This document shows positions 9,686 to 17,936 of a DNA stretch of 32,000 bases, piece by piece. A model generated the notes under the pieces. That model worked only from the letters and a program-made list of their open reading frames with translations, had not been told where the DNA came from and did not search any database. The position numbers and the translations under genes are program-made. Every line of letters begins with the position of its first letter. Position 1 is the stretch's first letter. The DNA is from an uncultured Lachnospiraceae bacterium (GTDB lineage: Bacteria > Bacillota > Clostridia > Lachnospirales > Lachnospiraceae), in NCBI GenBank assembly GCA_900551895.1, contig URXX01000003.1, positions 118,655 through 150,654 of the forward strand, in the 5' to 3' direction.

Positions 9686-9769
9686 TTTTCTGTCCTCTTC
9701 CTTTGTTTCAGTTTCTCTCTTAACTGTAACATAAATTGACCTAAAGGCTCAAGGGATTTTAGTTTTTAG

Positions 9770-10297
9770 ATGAAGAAAATATTCTCTTCCACTTTCTTAT
9801 ACAAAGCAACACAAAATCAGATGAAAATGGAACTTCCACAGGAAAGAGAATATATTGCGAAAACTAGAGTTTCTGATATAATTAAATCAAAAAGCGTAAA
9901 TGAGGAAAGCGCAGTGGCAGAAATACGAAATATAGGTAAGATAAATATAAAGATTCTTGAAAAAGAATTTGGGAAAATTCAAACAGATGAGATTATTGTT
10001 ACAAATGAGAGAATAGCACATATTCAAGAAAGACATCCACAGGATTATGAATTATTTATGAAGTATGGTACAAATAGTATTCAGAATCCTGACTATGTTA
10101 TAAAAGACATAAAACATACTGGAACAGTATTTATGGTAAAAAGATTACCGGATACGAATCTTAATGTCGTTGTGCGAGTAGTACTTGATACAGACAAAGA
10201 GGGCTTAAAGAACTCTGTTATGACTTTCTATCGGATTCGGGAACGTAATTTAAAAAAATTAATTGAAAAAAACGGCTTGCTTTACAAAAAAGAATAA
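9770..10297 (+). CDS. PBECR-type (phage Barnase-EndoU-ColicinE5/D-RelE-like) nuclease-fold protein, orphan
   Basis: C-terminal ITNERIAHIQERHPQDYELFMKYG...ILxNPDYVIKD...VVVRVVLDT...LKNSVMTFYRI resembles PBECR2-type domains by recall; weak RBS. Confidence 0.5.
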   Translation: MKKIFSSTFLYKATQNQMKMELPQEREYIAKTRVSDIIKSKSVNEESAVAEIRNIGKINIKILEKEFGKIQTDEIIVTNERIAHIQERHPQDYELFMKYGTNSIQNPDYVIKDIKHTGTVFMVKRLPDTNLNVVVRVVLDTDKEGLKNSVMTFYRIRERNLKKLIEKNGLLYKKE

Positions 10298-10320
10298 ATG
10301 GTGTATGATATACATACAAT

Positions 10321-10417
10321 AAACAAGAAGATATTGAAGTAGAGATTGTGCTGCTACGCACCCTTAGGGTCAAAAGAAATGTGGGAAGGGGCACACCCAC
10401 CAAATATCTTCTTGTTT
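10321..10417. repeat. 97-nt element bounded by a perfect 15-bp inverted repeat with internal hairpins; may act as a terminator or structured RNA
   Basis: aaacaagaagatatt (10321-10335) and aatatcttcttgttt (10403-10417) are exact reverse complements; internal gtgctgctacgcac, cccttaggg and gtggg...cccac hairpins. Confidence 0.6.
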
Positions 10418-10469
10418 TTGCAAATATTGATAATTAATCACCGGTATAATATCTTCTTTTTTCCTTTCC

Positions 10470-10985
10470 CTATTTATGTATCAATATTTTTTCCAACACA
10501 ATTATATCGTACTCTTCATTATGGCAAACAACACCTGTTTCTTCAAAACTATTCTTAAGCCAAAATGCCTTGCTTTGCGGATTACCTTTTACATATCCCA
10601 AACGCACAAATGAATATCCTATACTTTTCATGTAGGAAGAAAATTCCGCAATTATATCTGTTCCCACACCATTTCCCTGCACTGACTTCTCCAACATAAA
10701 CAGTCCAATAAATGCCGTGTCCTCGTTCGGATATTCCACAATCAAATCCATGATTGCTATAAGTTTTTCCTTATCCCAAAACCCGATATAATATTTATCC
10801 TCATATGTTTTTTTCGGTGGTAACGCTTTCATCTCTTTCAAAACACTTTCTCTCGTCACGGCTGGCGGACAGTATCGATAATATAGCGGATTACCCAGTT
10901 CTAATTCATATATCTCATCAATATCTGTTTCAGTTAATTCTTTCACTGCATATTTCGATGAAATTTGATTGATTTGTAATCGCAT
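10470..10985 (-). CDS. GNAT family N-acetyltransferase
   Basis: GLFMLEKSVQGNGVGTDIIAEFSSYMKSIGYSFVRLGYVKGNPQSKAFWLKNSFEETG: acetyl-CoA binding motif A and motif B. Confidence 0.85.
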   Translation of the reverse strand: MRLQINQISSKYAVKELTETDIDEIYELELGNPLYYRYCPPAVTRESVLKEMKALPPKKTYEDKYYIGFWDKEKLIAIMDLIVEYPNEDTAFIGLFMLEKSVQGNGVGTDIIAEFSSYMKSIGYSFVRLGYVKGNPQSKAFWLKNSFEETGVVCHNEEYDIIVLEKILIHK

Positions 10986-11433
10986 TTTCCCCCTCTTTCT
11001 TCATATATAAAATCGGATACGGATTCCCCTGCTCATCCCATTCAGTTCTCTTATAAACCGAAAATCCCATTTTTTCATAAAATCTTTTTGCAAGAGGATT
11101 TTGTTCATTCACGGTAAGAGTCGAAATAGAATATTTTTCCATTCCGTACTGCATCAGCATTTTCCCAAATCCTTTGCCTCTTTCGCTATCTCTGACAAAC
11201 AACATTTCCAATTTCTGATGATCTATTCCCATAAATGCTATAGGTTCTTCGGCTTCATCTATCCCGACAATCAATTGCGGAATCTCCTGCAATGCCTGTG
11301 GAACATACTGCTTAATATTTTCTATCTCCGCATCACTTAAAAATAAATGTGTCGCACGCACAGAGGTTTCCCATACGTTTACTAACTGTTGAATAAGTTG
11401 TGATGTTCTATCCTTTATTTCTATTATTTTCAT
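10930..11433 (-). CDS. GNAT family N-acetyltransferase
   Basis: MLFVRDSERGKGFGKMLMQYGM...LTVNEQNPLAKRFYEKMGFSVYKRTEWDEQGNPYPILYM. Confidence 0.88.
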   Translation of the reverse strand: MKIIEIKDRTSQLIQQLVNVWETSVRATHLFLSDAEIENIKQYVPQALQEIPQLIVGIDEAEEPIAFMGIDHQKLEMLFVRDSERGKGFGKMLMQYGMEKYSISTLTVNEQNPLAKRFYEKMGFSVYKRTEWDEQGNPYPILYMKKEGENAITNQSNFIEICSERIN

Positions 11434-11893
11434 TTCTATTATTATCCCCCTCCTCTTTATATTTCGCTTTCACTAAAAAAATGGCACTTAGTACAAACGG
11501 AATAACTGTCACTAAATGTAACAAAAAAGGATTTATGATAACCCAATATTTCAAATACAATAGTAAATCTCTCTCGCCCATCCAATTCATATCAAAATAA
11601 ATTATATTAATAACAAGAAAGACTAACCCTACAAAAAGACTTATAATACACCAGCGAAAATAGAAATTATTTTGGGGTGATTTTTCGTTCCTCTTACCCT
11701 TTTCCTTCAACAACTCATCTGTAGAAACCTGATACAATTTGCTTAACAAAACTAAATTATCAAGGTCGGGCGCTCCCTTTCCCGTCTCCCATCTCGAAAT
11801 AGACTGCCGTGTAATATTTAATTTTTCTGCCACATCTCCCTGAGATAAACCAAGCCGCTCCCTATTTTCCTTTAAGCGTTCCGAAAGTCCCAT
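11408..11893 (-). CDS. XRE-family transcriptional regulator with C-terminal transmembrane region
   Basis: N-terminal HTH LSQGDVAEKLNITRQSISRWETGKGAPDLDNLVLLSKLYQVSTDELL; two or three hydrophobic C-terminal helices. Confidence 0.88.
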   Translation of the reverse strand: MGLSERLKENRERLGLSQGDVAEKLNITRQSISRWETGKGAPDLDNLVLLSKLYQVSTDELLKEKGKRNEKSPQNNFYFRWCIISLFVGLVFLVINIIYFDMNWMGERDLLLYLKYWVIINPFLLHLVTVIPFVLSAIFLVKAKYKEEGDNNRNENNRNKG

Positions 11894-11925
11894 ATACTTT
11901 CCTCCTTTGTCTGTTTTATGCCATG

Positions 11926-11954
11926 ATTATAGTGTAATAAACCTATTACTTCAA
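11926..11954 (-). promoter_or_regulatory. promoter of the XRE gene with an embedded palindromic operator
   Basis: On the minus strand, TTGAAG (11954-11949), 17-nt spacer, TATAAT (11931-11926); GTAATA-GGTT-TATTAC palindrome at 11934-11949. Confidence 0.55.
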
Positions 11955-12029
11955 TGCACAATTATGTTACAAACCCGCAATAATTCGTTGCTTTTAGCCT
12001 GTTTTATTATACGAAAGGAGTTTATTGAC

Positions 12030-12458
12030 CTAATCATACCACGTCATAATGTATTCTTTCTCGCCCGTATCTTCATCTACGTTTTCACTCTCTATTTGAA
12101 ACCCTTCTCTTTTATAAAATTGTACTGCACGCTCATTTTTCTGATACACGCCCAGTCGCAAGAACTCTTTTCTCTCTTTTACAAAGTCCAGCAACCGCTT
12201 ACCGATTCCTTGCGACTGTGCCTCACCGCAAACAAAAATTCCTTCTATATAATTGCCATTCAGTCCGACAAATCCCAATATCTGTCTTGTCTTTTCTTCT
12301 TCATAAAGATACATTTCTGCCTGTAAAAACATTCCTTTTACAAATGCAAAATTACTTTTCCAATACTCTGCTGAAATAAAATGATGTGCTTTTATATTCG
12401 TATCCAGCCATATTTTCGCCACATATTCTACATCTGTTCTTTCTAATTTTCTAATCAT
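12030..12458 (-). CDS. GNAT family N-acetyltransferase
   Basis: GIFVCGEAQSQGIGKRLLDFVKERKEFLRLGVYQKNERAVQFYKREGFQIE. Confidence 0.87.
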   Translation of the reverse strand: MIRKLERTDVEYVAKIWLDTNIKAHHFISAEYWKSNFAFVKGMFLQAEMYLYEEEKTRQILGFVGLNGNYIEGIFVCGEAQSQGIGKRLLDFVKERKEFLRLGVYQKNERAVQFYKREGFQIESENVDEDTGEKEYIMTWYD

Positions 12459-12951
12459 ACCGCTTTCTCTTTCTTATCCATACTGCAAAATATACCAGTA
12501 AAACAATTATTGAACAGCCGCTCATTATTCCATATACTCTTCGCTGTTTGGAAACATAACTTTTTGCCGTCTGCTGCGGCTTTACGGTAATATATTTTCT
12601 TTCTTTTTTCATAGACAGTACGCGCCTTTTTACTTGCCTGCCTTCCGAAATTTTCTCTTCTCCTTCTTTTCTTGTAGACACTTCTTCTTTCCATTTATAT
12701 CCCGTTCCGCCTACTTCTTTATAATAGAGATAATAAACGGTTTTCGTCGGGTGCATTCGTCCCTGCCGTCCGCTTGCAGTATTTTTTACCTGCGTAGGCA
12801 ATACCCGATAAGGCAAAAATGTATGTATTCCCTTATCCTCATAATTTTTTACCGAAGGTATTTTCATAAATCGCTCTATCCCTACATATAGGCAGGCTAA
12901 AGCCAACACAAGTATCATCACGCTTAACATTGTAAATGTTTTTCTTTTCAT
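12451..12951 (-). CDS. hypothetical membrane protein with N- and C-terminal TM segments
   Basis: Long ORF; hydrophobic LSVMILVLALACLYVG and IIVLLVYFAVWI flanking a Lys/Arg/Tyr-rich soluble part; overlaps its neighbours by a few nt. Confidence 0.65.
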   Translation of the reverse strand: MKRKTFTMLSVMILVLALACLYVGIERFMKIPSVKNYEDKGIHTFLPYRVLPTQVKNTASGRQGRMHPTKTVYYLYYKEVGGTGYKWKEEVSTRKEGEEKISEGRQVKRRVLSMKKERKYITVKPQQTAKSYVSKQRRVYGIMSGCSIIVLLVYFAVWIRKRKRYD

Positions 12952-13511
12952 TTCTGCTCCTTGAAATACTCCTTCGCCAAAATTCCATAAGTAACCATAT
13001 CTACAATTCCCCGATTGTTTCTGTCAGCCTCCCGAATAGTCCCTTCGTAAACCATTCCACATTTGCTCATCACTTTTCCTGAACCGATATTTTCGGCATC
13101 ATGGTGCGACTGAATTTTATTGACCTTTACTTCCTCAAATAAAAATGTAATAACCCGTTTAAACGCTTCTGTCACAATCCCCTGATTCCACCATTTACTT
13201 CCTATACAATAACCAATCACAACCATATCTATCGATTCATTGCTTCTCACAACACTGATTGTTCCAATCGGTTCTCTTATTTCCTTCAATTCAATTGCCC
13301 ACTGATAAAACGCTGGATTTTTATACTCTTCTATCCAACTTTGCAGTATCTGTTTCGTCACCCCTACATTTTCATGGGTAGGCCATGTTAAATATTTTGT
13401 TACCTTATCGTCGCCTGTCCAGTTGCGATAAGAACTTTCTATATCACCCTCAACAAATCTTCTTAAAACTAATCTTTCGGTTTCCAGTCTTTTCGTTCCT
13501 TTATGCTCCAT
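12948..13511 (-). CDS. GNAT family N-acetyltransferase, RimJ/RimL-like
   Basis: LETERLVLRRFVEGDIESSYRNWTGDDKVTKYLTWPTHENV...WNQGIVTEAFKRVITFLFEEV...HDAENIGSGKVMSKCGMVYEG. Confidence 0.9.
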   Translation of the reverse strand: MEHKGTKRLETERLVLRRFVEGDIESSYRNWTGDDKVTKYLTWPTHENVGVTKQILQSWIEEYKNPAFYQWAIELKEIREPIGTISVVRSNESIDMVVIGYCIGSKWWNQGIVTEAFKRVITFLFEEVKVNKIQSHHDAENIGSGKVMSKCGMVYEGTIREADRNNRGIVDMVTYGILAKEYFKEQK

Positions 13512-13653
13512 AGGTTTTCAATCCTTTCGGTTTATTCATAGTAACATTATACCTTTTTCATTTTCCATGAACAATACCTATTTTATATGGCTATCCGCTA
13601 AAACTTCTGCTATAATTAACCTATAGAATTCCTCTGTAAACGGAGGAGATTAA

Positions 13654-14520
13654 ATGAAGAAACAGTTAAAAAATCTTACAATCAAAGACAACTTTATGTT
13701 TGCAGCAGTTATGCTGGACGAAGAAAACTGCAAAGGATTTTTGGAAAGAGCATTGCAGATACAAATCGACCATGTGGAAGTGAACACAGAAAAAAGTATC
13801 GTATATCATCCTGAATATAAAGGAGTTCGCTTGGACGTATATGCAAGAGATGAATACAATACTCGCTATAATGTGGAAATGCAGGTATCCGCTCAAAGTT
13901 CCTTAGGACTGAGAAGCCGATATTACCAAAGTCAAATGGATATGGAAATGCTACTGTCCGGTTCAGAATATGCGGAACTTCCAAACAGTTACGTTATTTT
14001 CATCTGTGATTTTGATCCATTTGGAGCGAAAAAATACAAATACACTTTTTCTATGGAATGTAAAGAAACAAAAAAGGCTGATTTACATGATAAAAGAAAT
14101 ATTGTATTTTTAAGCACAGAGGGAAGAAATGATACGGAAGTGTCCGAAGAACTTGTATCTTTTCTTAAATTTGTAAAAGCAGATATAAAAGAAAGTCAAA
14201 AAGATTTTCACGATGAATATGTAAGAAAATTGCAAGAATTTATAGAGCATATTAAAAAGAACAGCGAAATGGAGGAAAAGCATATGCTTTTTGAAGAATT
14301 GCTGAAAGAAGAGCGGGAAACCGGACGTCAAGAAGGACTCCAACAAGGCGAAAGCATCGGAATGATAAATTCTTTGACCATGCTTTTAAAAAATTTCGGA
14401 GAAATACCTGAAAATCTTCAAAAAAGAATTTCTGAAGAGAAAAATCTGGAAACGTTAACCCTTTGGTTTCAACTGGCAATCCACGTGAACTCTTTAGACG
14501 AATTTATCTCTAAAATGTAA
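13654..14520 (+). CDS. Rpn-family recombination-promoting nuclease/putative transposase (PD-(D/E)XK)
   Basis: NLTIKDNFMFAAVMLDEENCKGFLERAL...KGVRLDVYARDEYNTRYNVEMQ (D...ExQ core)...RSRYYQSQMDMEMLLSG...LPNSYVIFICDFDPFG. Confidence 0.88.
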   Translation: MKKQLKNLTIKDNFMFAAVMLDEENCKGFLERALQIQIDHVEVNTEKSIVYHPEYKGVRLDVYARDEYNTRYNVEMQVSAQSSLGLRSRYYQSQMDMEMLLSGSEYAELPNSYVIFICDFDPFGAKKYKYTFSMECKETKKADLHDKRNIVFLSTEGRNDTEVSEELVSFLKFVKADIKESQKDFHDEYVRKLQEFIEHIKKNSEMEEKHMLFEELLKEERETGRQEGLQQGESIGMINSLTMLLKNFGEIPENLQKRISEEKNLETLTLWFQLAIHVNSLDEFISKM

Positions 14521-14549
14521 ACATTCTATATTTCACATCAAATCTATTT

Positions 14550-14579
14550 ACCGCAAATCTGACTGAACGGATTTGCGGT
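14550..14579. terminator. stem-loop between convergent Rpn gene and fatty-acid operon
   Basis: 10-bp perfect stem accgcaaatc/gatttgcggt with 10-nt loop. Confidence 0.5.
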
Positions 14580-14670
14580 CACAAGTAACCACATCACTGC
14601 CGGCTCAGGCAACAATTCAAAGAAAAACAGAGGAATTCTATCAATGGAAAAGGGGCTTTTCGGAATGAAA

Positions 14671-15108
14671 TTAATGATAATTTCTAAAAAATTCCGAAAG
14701 CCCCTCCAATGTTTTCAGTAACACGGGAATTTCTTCCTCATTCAATTTTTGGATAACCGCATCCGTCATCTGATGATGAAACTGTGCATGATGTTCATAT
14801 GCCCTCTTTCCTTTTTCCGTTAATTTGATATAAACAACACGCCTGTCCTCCTCACTTCTCTCACGAACGGCATATTTTTTATTTACCAAACTGTTCATCG
14901 AAGTCGTCAGCGTCCCCGCCGTTACATTCATTTTCTTTGCAATCGCGGACATAGGACTTCCGTCCCCCAAACCGATTGCCTCAATGATGTGCATATCATT
15001 GTTTGTAATATCTTTAAATTCTTCCGTAATAATTGCCTTCTCTTCCAGTTCCCAGATTTCATTAAACAAATGCACTAAAATATCATTAATGGTTTCATAT
15101 GTATTCAT
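14671..15108 (-). CDS. MarR-family regulator at the end of the fab operon, probable FabT-type repressor
   Basis: MarR winged helix (LGDGSPMSAIAKKMNVTAGTLTTSMNSLVNKKYAVRERSEEDRRVVYIKLTEKG); located in the fab cluster. Confidence 0.85.
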   Translation of the reverse strand: MNTYETINDILVHLFNEIWELEEKAIITEEFKDITNNDMHIIEAIGLGDGSPMSAIAKKMNVTAGTLTTSMNSLVNKKYAVRERSEEDRRVVYIKLTEKGKRAYEHHAQFHHQMTDAVIQKLNEEEIPVLLKTLEGLSEFFRNYH

Positions 15109-15143
15109 TTATTTCCTCCTTCACCAGAATGATACTAAGTTCA

Positions 15144-16223
15144 TTATACACATTCTTCTGAAAAAAGAAAAGAATCAATTACCTCTTTCACCGTTTCTAT
15201 TTTTGTGGCACGATATGCTTCCTCACCGCAGAAAACAAGACCGTTTTCCACATCTCCTTTCACTGCCTCAATCAGTTTATCCGTAATGCAATATGGAATT
15301 TCTTTTGGATTACAGCCTTTTATACATTGATGACAACGTTTAAACGGAATTTGTTCTCCCTTTTCTATCTGTTTAATTAGTTTATTTCGGATTGCCCGCG
15401 CAGGCATTCCCACAGGACTTTTTACAATTTGAATATCTTCTTTCTTTGCATTTATATAGGCTTCTTTGTAGCGTATGTCCGCATCACATTCTTTTGTTGT
15501 GACAAATCGGCTTCCAACCTGAATGCCCTCTGCTCCCAATTCTTTTGCTCTTTTCAAATCTTTTGCCGAACACATCCCGCCTGCAAGTATAATCGGAATT
15601 TTCTTTTCGTATCTTTTCTCATAAAATCGGATAACCTCCACTATTTTTTTGATTTCCATTTCATAGGAAGTATTATCCCATTTTTCCAGTTCATCCGAAT
15701 GAAATCCTAAATGTCCCCCTGCTTTCCATCCTTCTATCACAACCATATCTGCCGTAACCTTGTATTTTTTATCCCAATATTTCAAAATAACATGGGCAGA
15801 TTTTTCTGTGGATACAATCGGCGCAATACTTGTACCTGTCCCTTTTGTATAGAGAGGAAGTTCTGTCGGCAACCCAGCCCCCGAAACAATTACGTCTGCT
15901 CCCAAATTAACCGCCTGTTTCACATATTCCTCATATCGCCTTGTTGCCACCATAATGTTGAAACCGATAATTCCTTTAGGTGCAAGTTTTCTTGCAAATC
16001 CCAATTCCTTTTCCATAGCATGCAAGTTTACCTGCAATGGACTGATATCAAAATCTTTTTCACGAAATCCTATCTGCGCAGTGGAAATCAACCCTACTCC
16101 GCCCTCCTTTGCGACTGCTCCGGCAAGATGATGCAAACTTATGCCAACTCCCATACCACCTTGTACAATAGGAATATATGCTTTTTTCTTCCCGACCGCA
16201 AAAGATACCTGTTCTTTTTCCAT
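15144..16223 (-). CDS. nitronate monooxygenase/FabK-like FMN-dependent protein
   Basis: PIVQGGMGVGISLHHLAGAVAKEGGVGLIS; VIVSGAGLPTELP; EGWKAGGHLGF; IPIILAGGMCSAKDLKRAKELGAEGIQVGSRFV; extra Cys-rich C-terminus. Confidence 0.87.
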   Translation of the reverse strand: MEKEQVSFAVGKKKAYIPIVQGGMGVGISLHHLAGAVAKEGGVGLISTAQIGFREKDFDISPLQVNLHAMEKELGFARKLAPKGIIGFNIMVATRRYEEYVKQAVNLGADVIVSGAGLPTELPLYTKGTGTSIAPIVSTEKSAHVILKYWDKKYKVTADMVVIEGWKAGGHLGFHSDELEKWDNTSYEMEIKKIVEVIRFYEKRYEKKIPIILAGGMCSAKDLKRAKELGAEGIQVGSRFVTTKECDADIRYKEAYINAKKEDIQIVKSPVGMPARAIRNKLIKQIEKGEQIPFKRCHQCIKGCNPKEIPYCITDKLIEAVKGDVENGLVFCGEEAYRATKIETVKEVIDSFLFSEECV

Positions 16224-16235
16224 AACCGCTCCTTC

Positions 16236-17936
16236 CTACATGTTTCGGAAACGCTTATAACGTTCTTCTGCAATATCTGTTTCTGATATTTCTTTATATT
16301 TCCATAAAAAGTGATGTATTTTCCTTTCTAAGTTGTCACAGACAGAAGATAGTGTTTCTACCGTAAAATGTTGTGGCTCTTCGATGACTTCTTCCACAAT
16401 CCCTGCCTCTTTCAACTCTCTCGCCGTCAATTTCATCACTTCTGCCGCCTCTTTTGCCCGCTTGCTGTCTTTCCACAAAATCGAGGCAAATCCTTCTGGA
16501 GAGAGAATAGAGTAAATGGCATTTTCCAATATCCAGACCTCATTTGCAGTAGCCATAGCCAACGCTCCTCCGCTGCCGCCCTCTCCGATAATAATGGACA
16601 ACACCGGAACTTTTAACGCCGACATCTCATAAATATTTTGTGCAATCGCCTCTCCCTGCCCGCGTTCCTCCGCTTCAATTCCACAAAATGCCCCCGGAGT
16701 ATCTACCAAACAAATAACCGGACGATGAAATTTTTCCGCTTGTTTCATTAATCGCAATGCTTTTCTATATCCCTCAGGAGAAGGCATACCAAAATTTCTT
16801 TCCAAATTTTCTTTCGTTGTCCTTCCCTTTTCCTGTGCGATAACCGTCACCGGAATGCCATGAAATTTTGCAATTCCGCCCACAATGGCTTTGTCATCTT
16901 GAAAATATCTATCCCCATGCAATTCTATAAAATCCGTAAAAAGTCCGCGAATATAATCCGTGCCGACAGGTCGGTCCTTCATGCGGGATTTTGTCACACA
17001 GTCCCACGCCGTTCCGACCTTCCTTTCCACTGTTTCTTCCATATATGTATCTTTTGGCTTTTCAAAGATTTTCTTCTGCTCATGCAAATCAATTAATTGA
17101 AACAACACTTTTTTCAAATGTTCTCTTTCTACAATAGCATCTATAAAACCATGTTCCAATAAAAACTCTGACCGCTGAAATCCTTTCGGCAATTTTTGCC
17201 CGATCGTCTGCTCAATTACTCTCGGTCCTGCAAATCCGATTAACGCATTCGGCTCTGCCAAAATCACATCGCCTAACATGGCAAAACTTGCCGTCACGCC
17301 TCCCGTCGTCGGATTTGTTAAAACAGATATATAGAGTTGTCCTGCATCACTATGTTTTTTCAGAGCCGCCGCCGTTTTTGTCATCTGCATAAGAGAGGTG
17401 ATACCCTCCTGCATTCTCGCGCCGCCTGAACAGGCAAACAAAATGACCGGAAGTTTTTCTTCTGTAGCACGCTCAACCATACGGGTAATTTTTTCCCCTA
17501 CAACTTCTCCCATGCTCGCCATAATAAATCGGCTGTCACATACCCCAAGGGCAACCTCTTTTCCTCCAATTTTTGCCCGTCCGGTAACAACCGCTTCTTC
17601 CAGTCCTGTTTTTTCCTGCATCAATCGGATTTTTTCCTCATATCCTTTATATTGCAATGGATTTCTTGTACATAAGCCTCTGTCCCACTCTTCAAAACTT
17701 CCGGCATCTGCAACCATTTCCAATCGATGTTTCGCGTGTACACGAAAATAATTATGACATTTCGGGCAGATATAATATCCGTTTTTTACGTCTTCCGTAA
17801 AAATAGCAGATTTGCAGGCATTACATTTTTTCAAAATACCTTCGGGTACTTCCGGTATATGTTCTTTTTTTGACGGCTCTTTTAATGAAATATAATTTGT
17901 CTTTTTAAACATTTGCTTTAAATTCATTTTGCTCAC
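16236..17936 (-). CDS. accDA: acetyl-CoA carboxylase carboxyltransferase, fused beta+alpha subunits (AccD-AccA)
   Basis: N-terminal zinc finger [23 protein letters not shown] and GGARMQEG (AccD), then TGRDYIRGLF-like...[30 protein letters not shown]...[10 protein letters not shown] (AccA) in one ORF. True start could be 17936, 17927 or 17912. Confidence 0.95.
   Translation of the reverse strand: MSKMNLKQMFKKTNYISLKEPSKKEHIPEVPEGILKKCNACKSAIFTEDVKNGYYICPKCHNYFRVHAKHRLEMVADAGSFEEWDRGLCTRNPLQYKGYEEKIRLMQEKTGLEEAVVTGRAKIGGKEVALGVCDSRFIMASMGEVVGEKITRMVERATEEKLPVILFACSGGARMQEGITSLMQMTKTAAALKKHSDAGQLYISVLTNPTTGGVTASFAMLGDVILAEPNALIGFAGPRVIEQTIGQKLPKGFQRSEFLLEHGFIDAIVEREHLKKVLFQLIDLHEQKKIFEKPKDTYMEETVERKVGTAWDCVTKSRMKDRPVGTDYIRGLFTDFIELHGDRYFQDDKAIVGGIAKFHGIPVTVIAQEKGRTTKENLERNFGMPSPEGYRKALRLMKQAEKFHRPVICLVDTPGAFCGIEAEERGQGEAIAQNIYEMSALKVPVLSIIIGEGGSGGALAMATANEVWILENAIYSILSPEGFASILWKDSKRAKEAAEVMKLTARELKEAGIVEEVIEEPQHFTVETLSSVCDNLERKIHHFLWKYKEISETDIAEERYKRFRNM

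Noticed and set aside
10346-10558. Plus-strand ORF 10346..10558 spanning the inverted-repeat element
   Set aside because: Starts inside the hairpin element, no RBS, and its 3' part overlaps the antisense of a GNAT gene.
10930-10985. Possible frameshift or mis-called start causing the 56-nt overlap of two GNAT genes
   Set aside because: Both reading frames are intact with conserved motifs, and no later in-frame Met of the downstream gene preserves its first beta strand; treated as a real overlap.
9700-14600. Idea that the accessory region is a complete prophage, IS element or known defence island
   Set aside because: No integrase, terminase, capsid, DDE transposase, terminal repeats or canonical defence genes are visible; only isolated nuclease-like ORFs.
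16860-17751. Long opposite-strand ORFs inside accDA, accC, fabD and fabK (e.g. 17398..17751 +, 22539..22937 +, 23253..23822 +)
   Set aside because: Fully contained in strongly conserved enzymes on the minus strand; no plausible start signals or homology; expected shadow ORFs.
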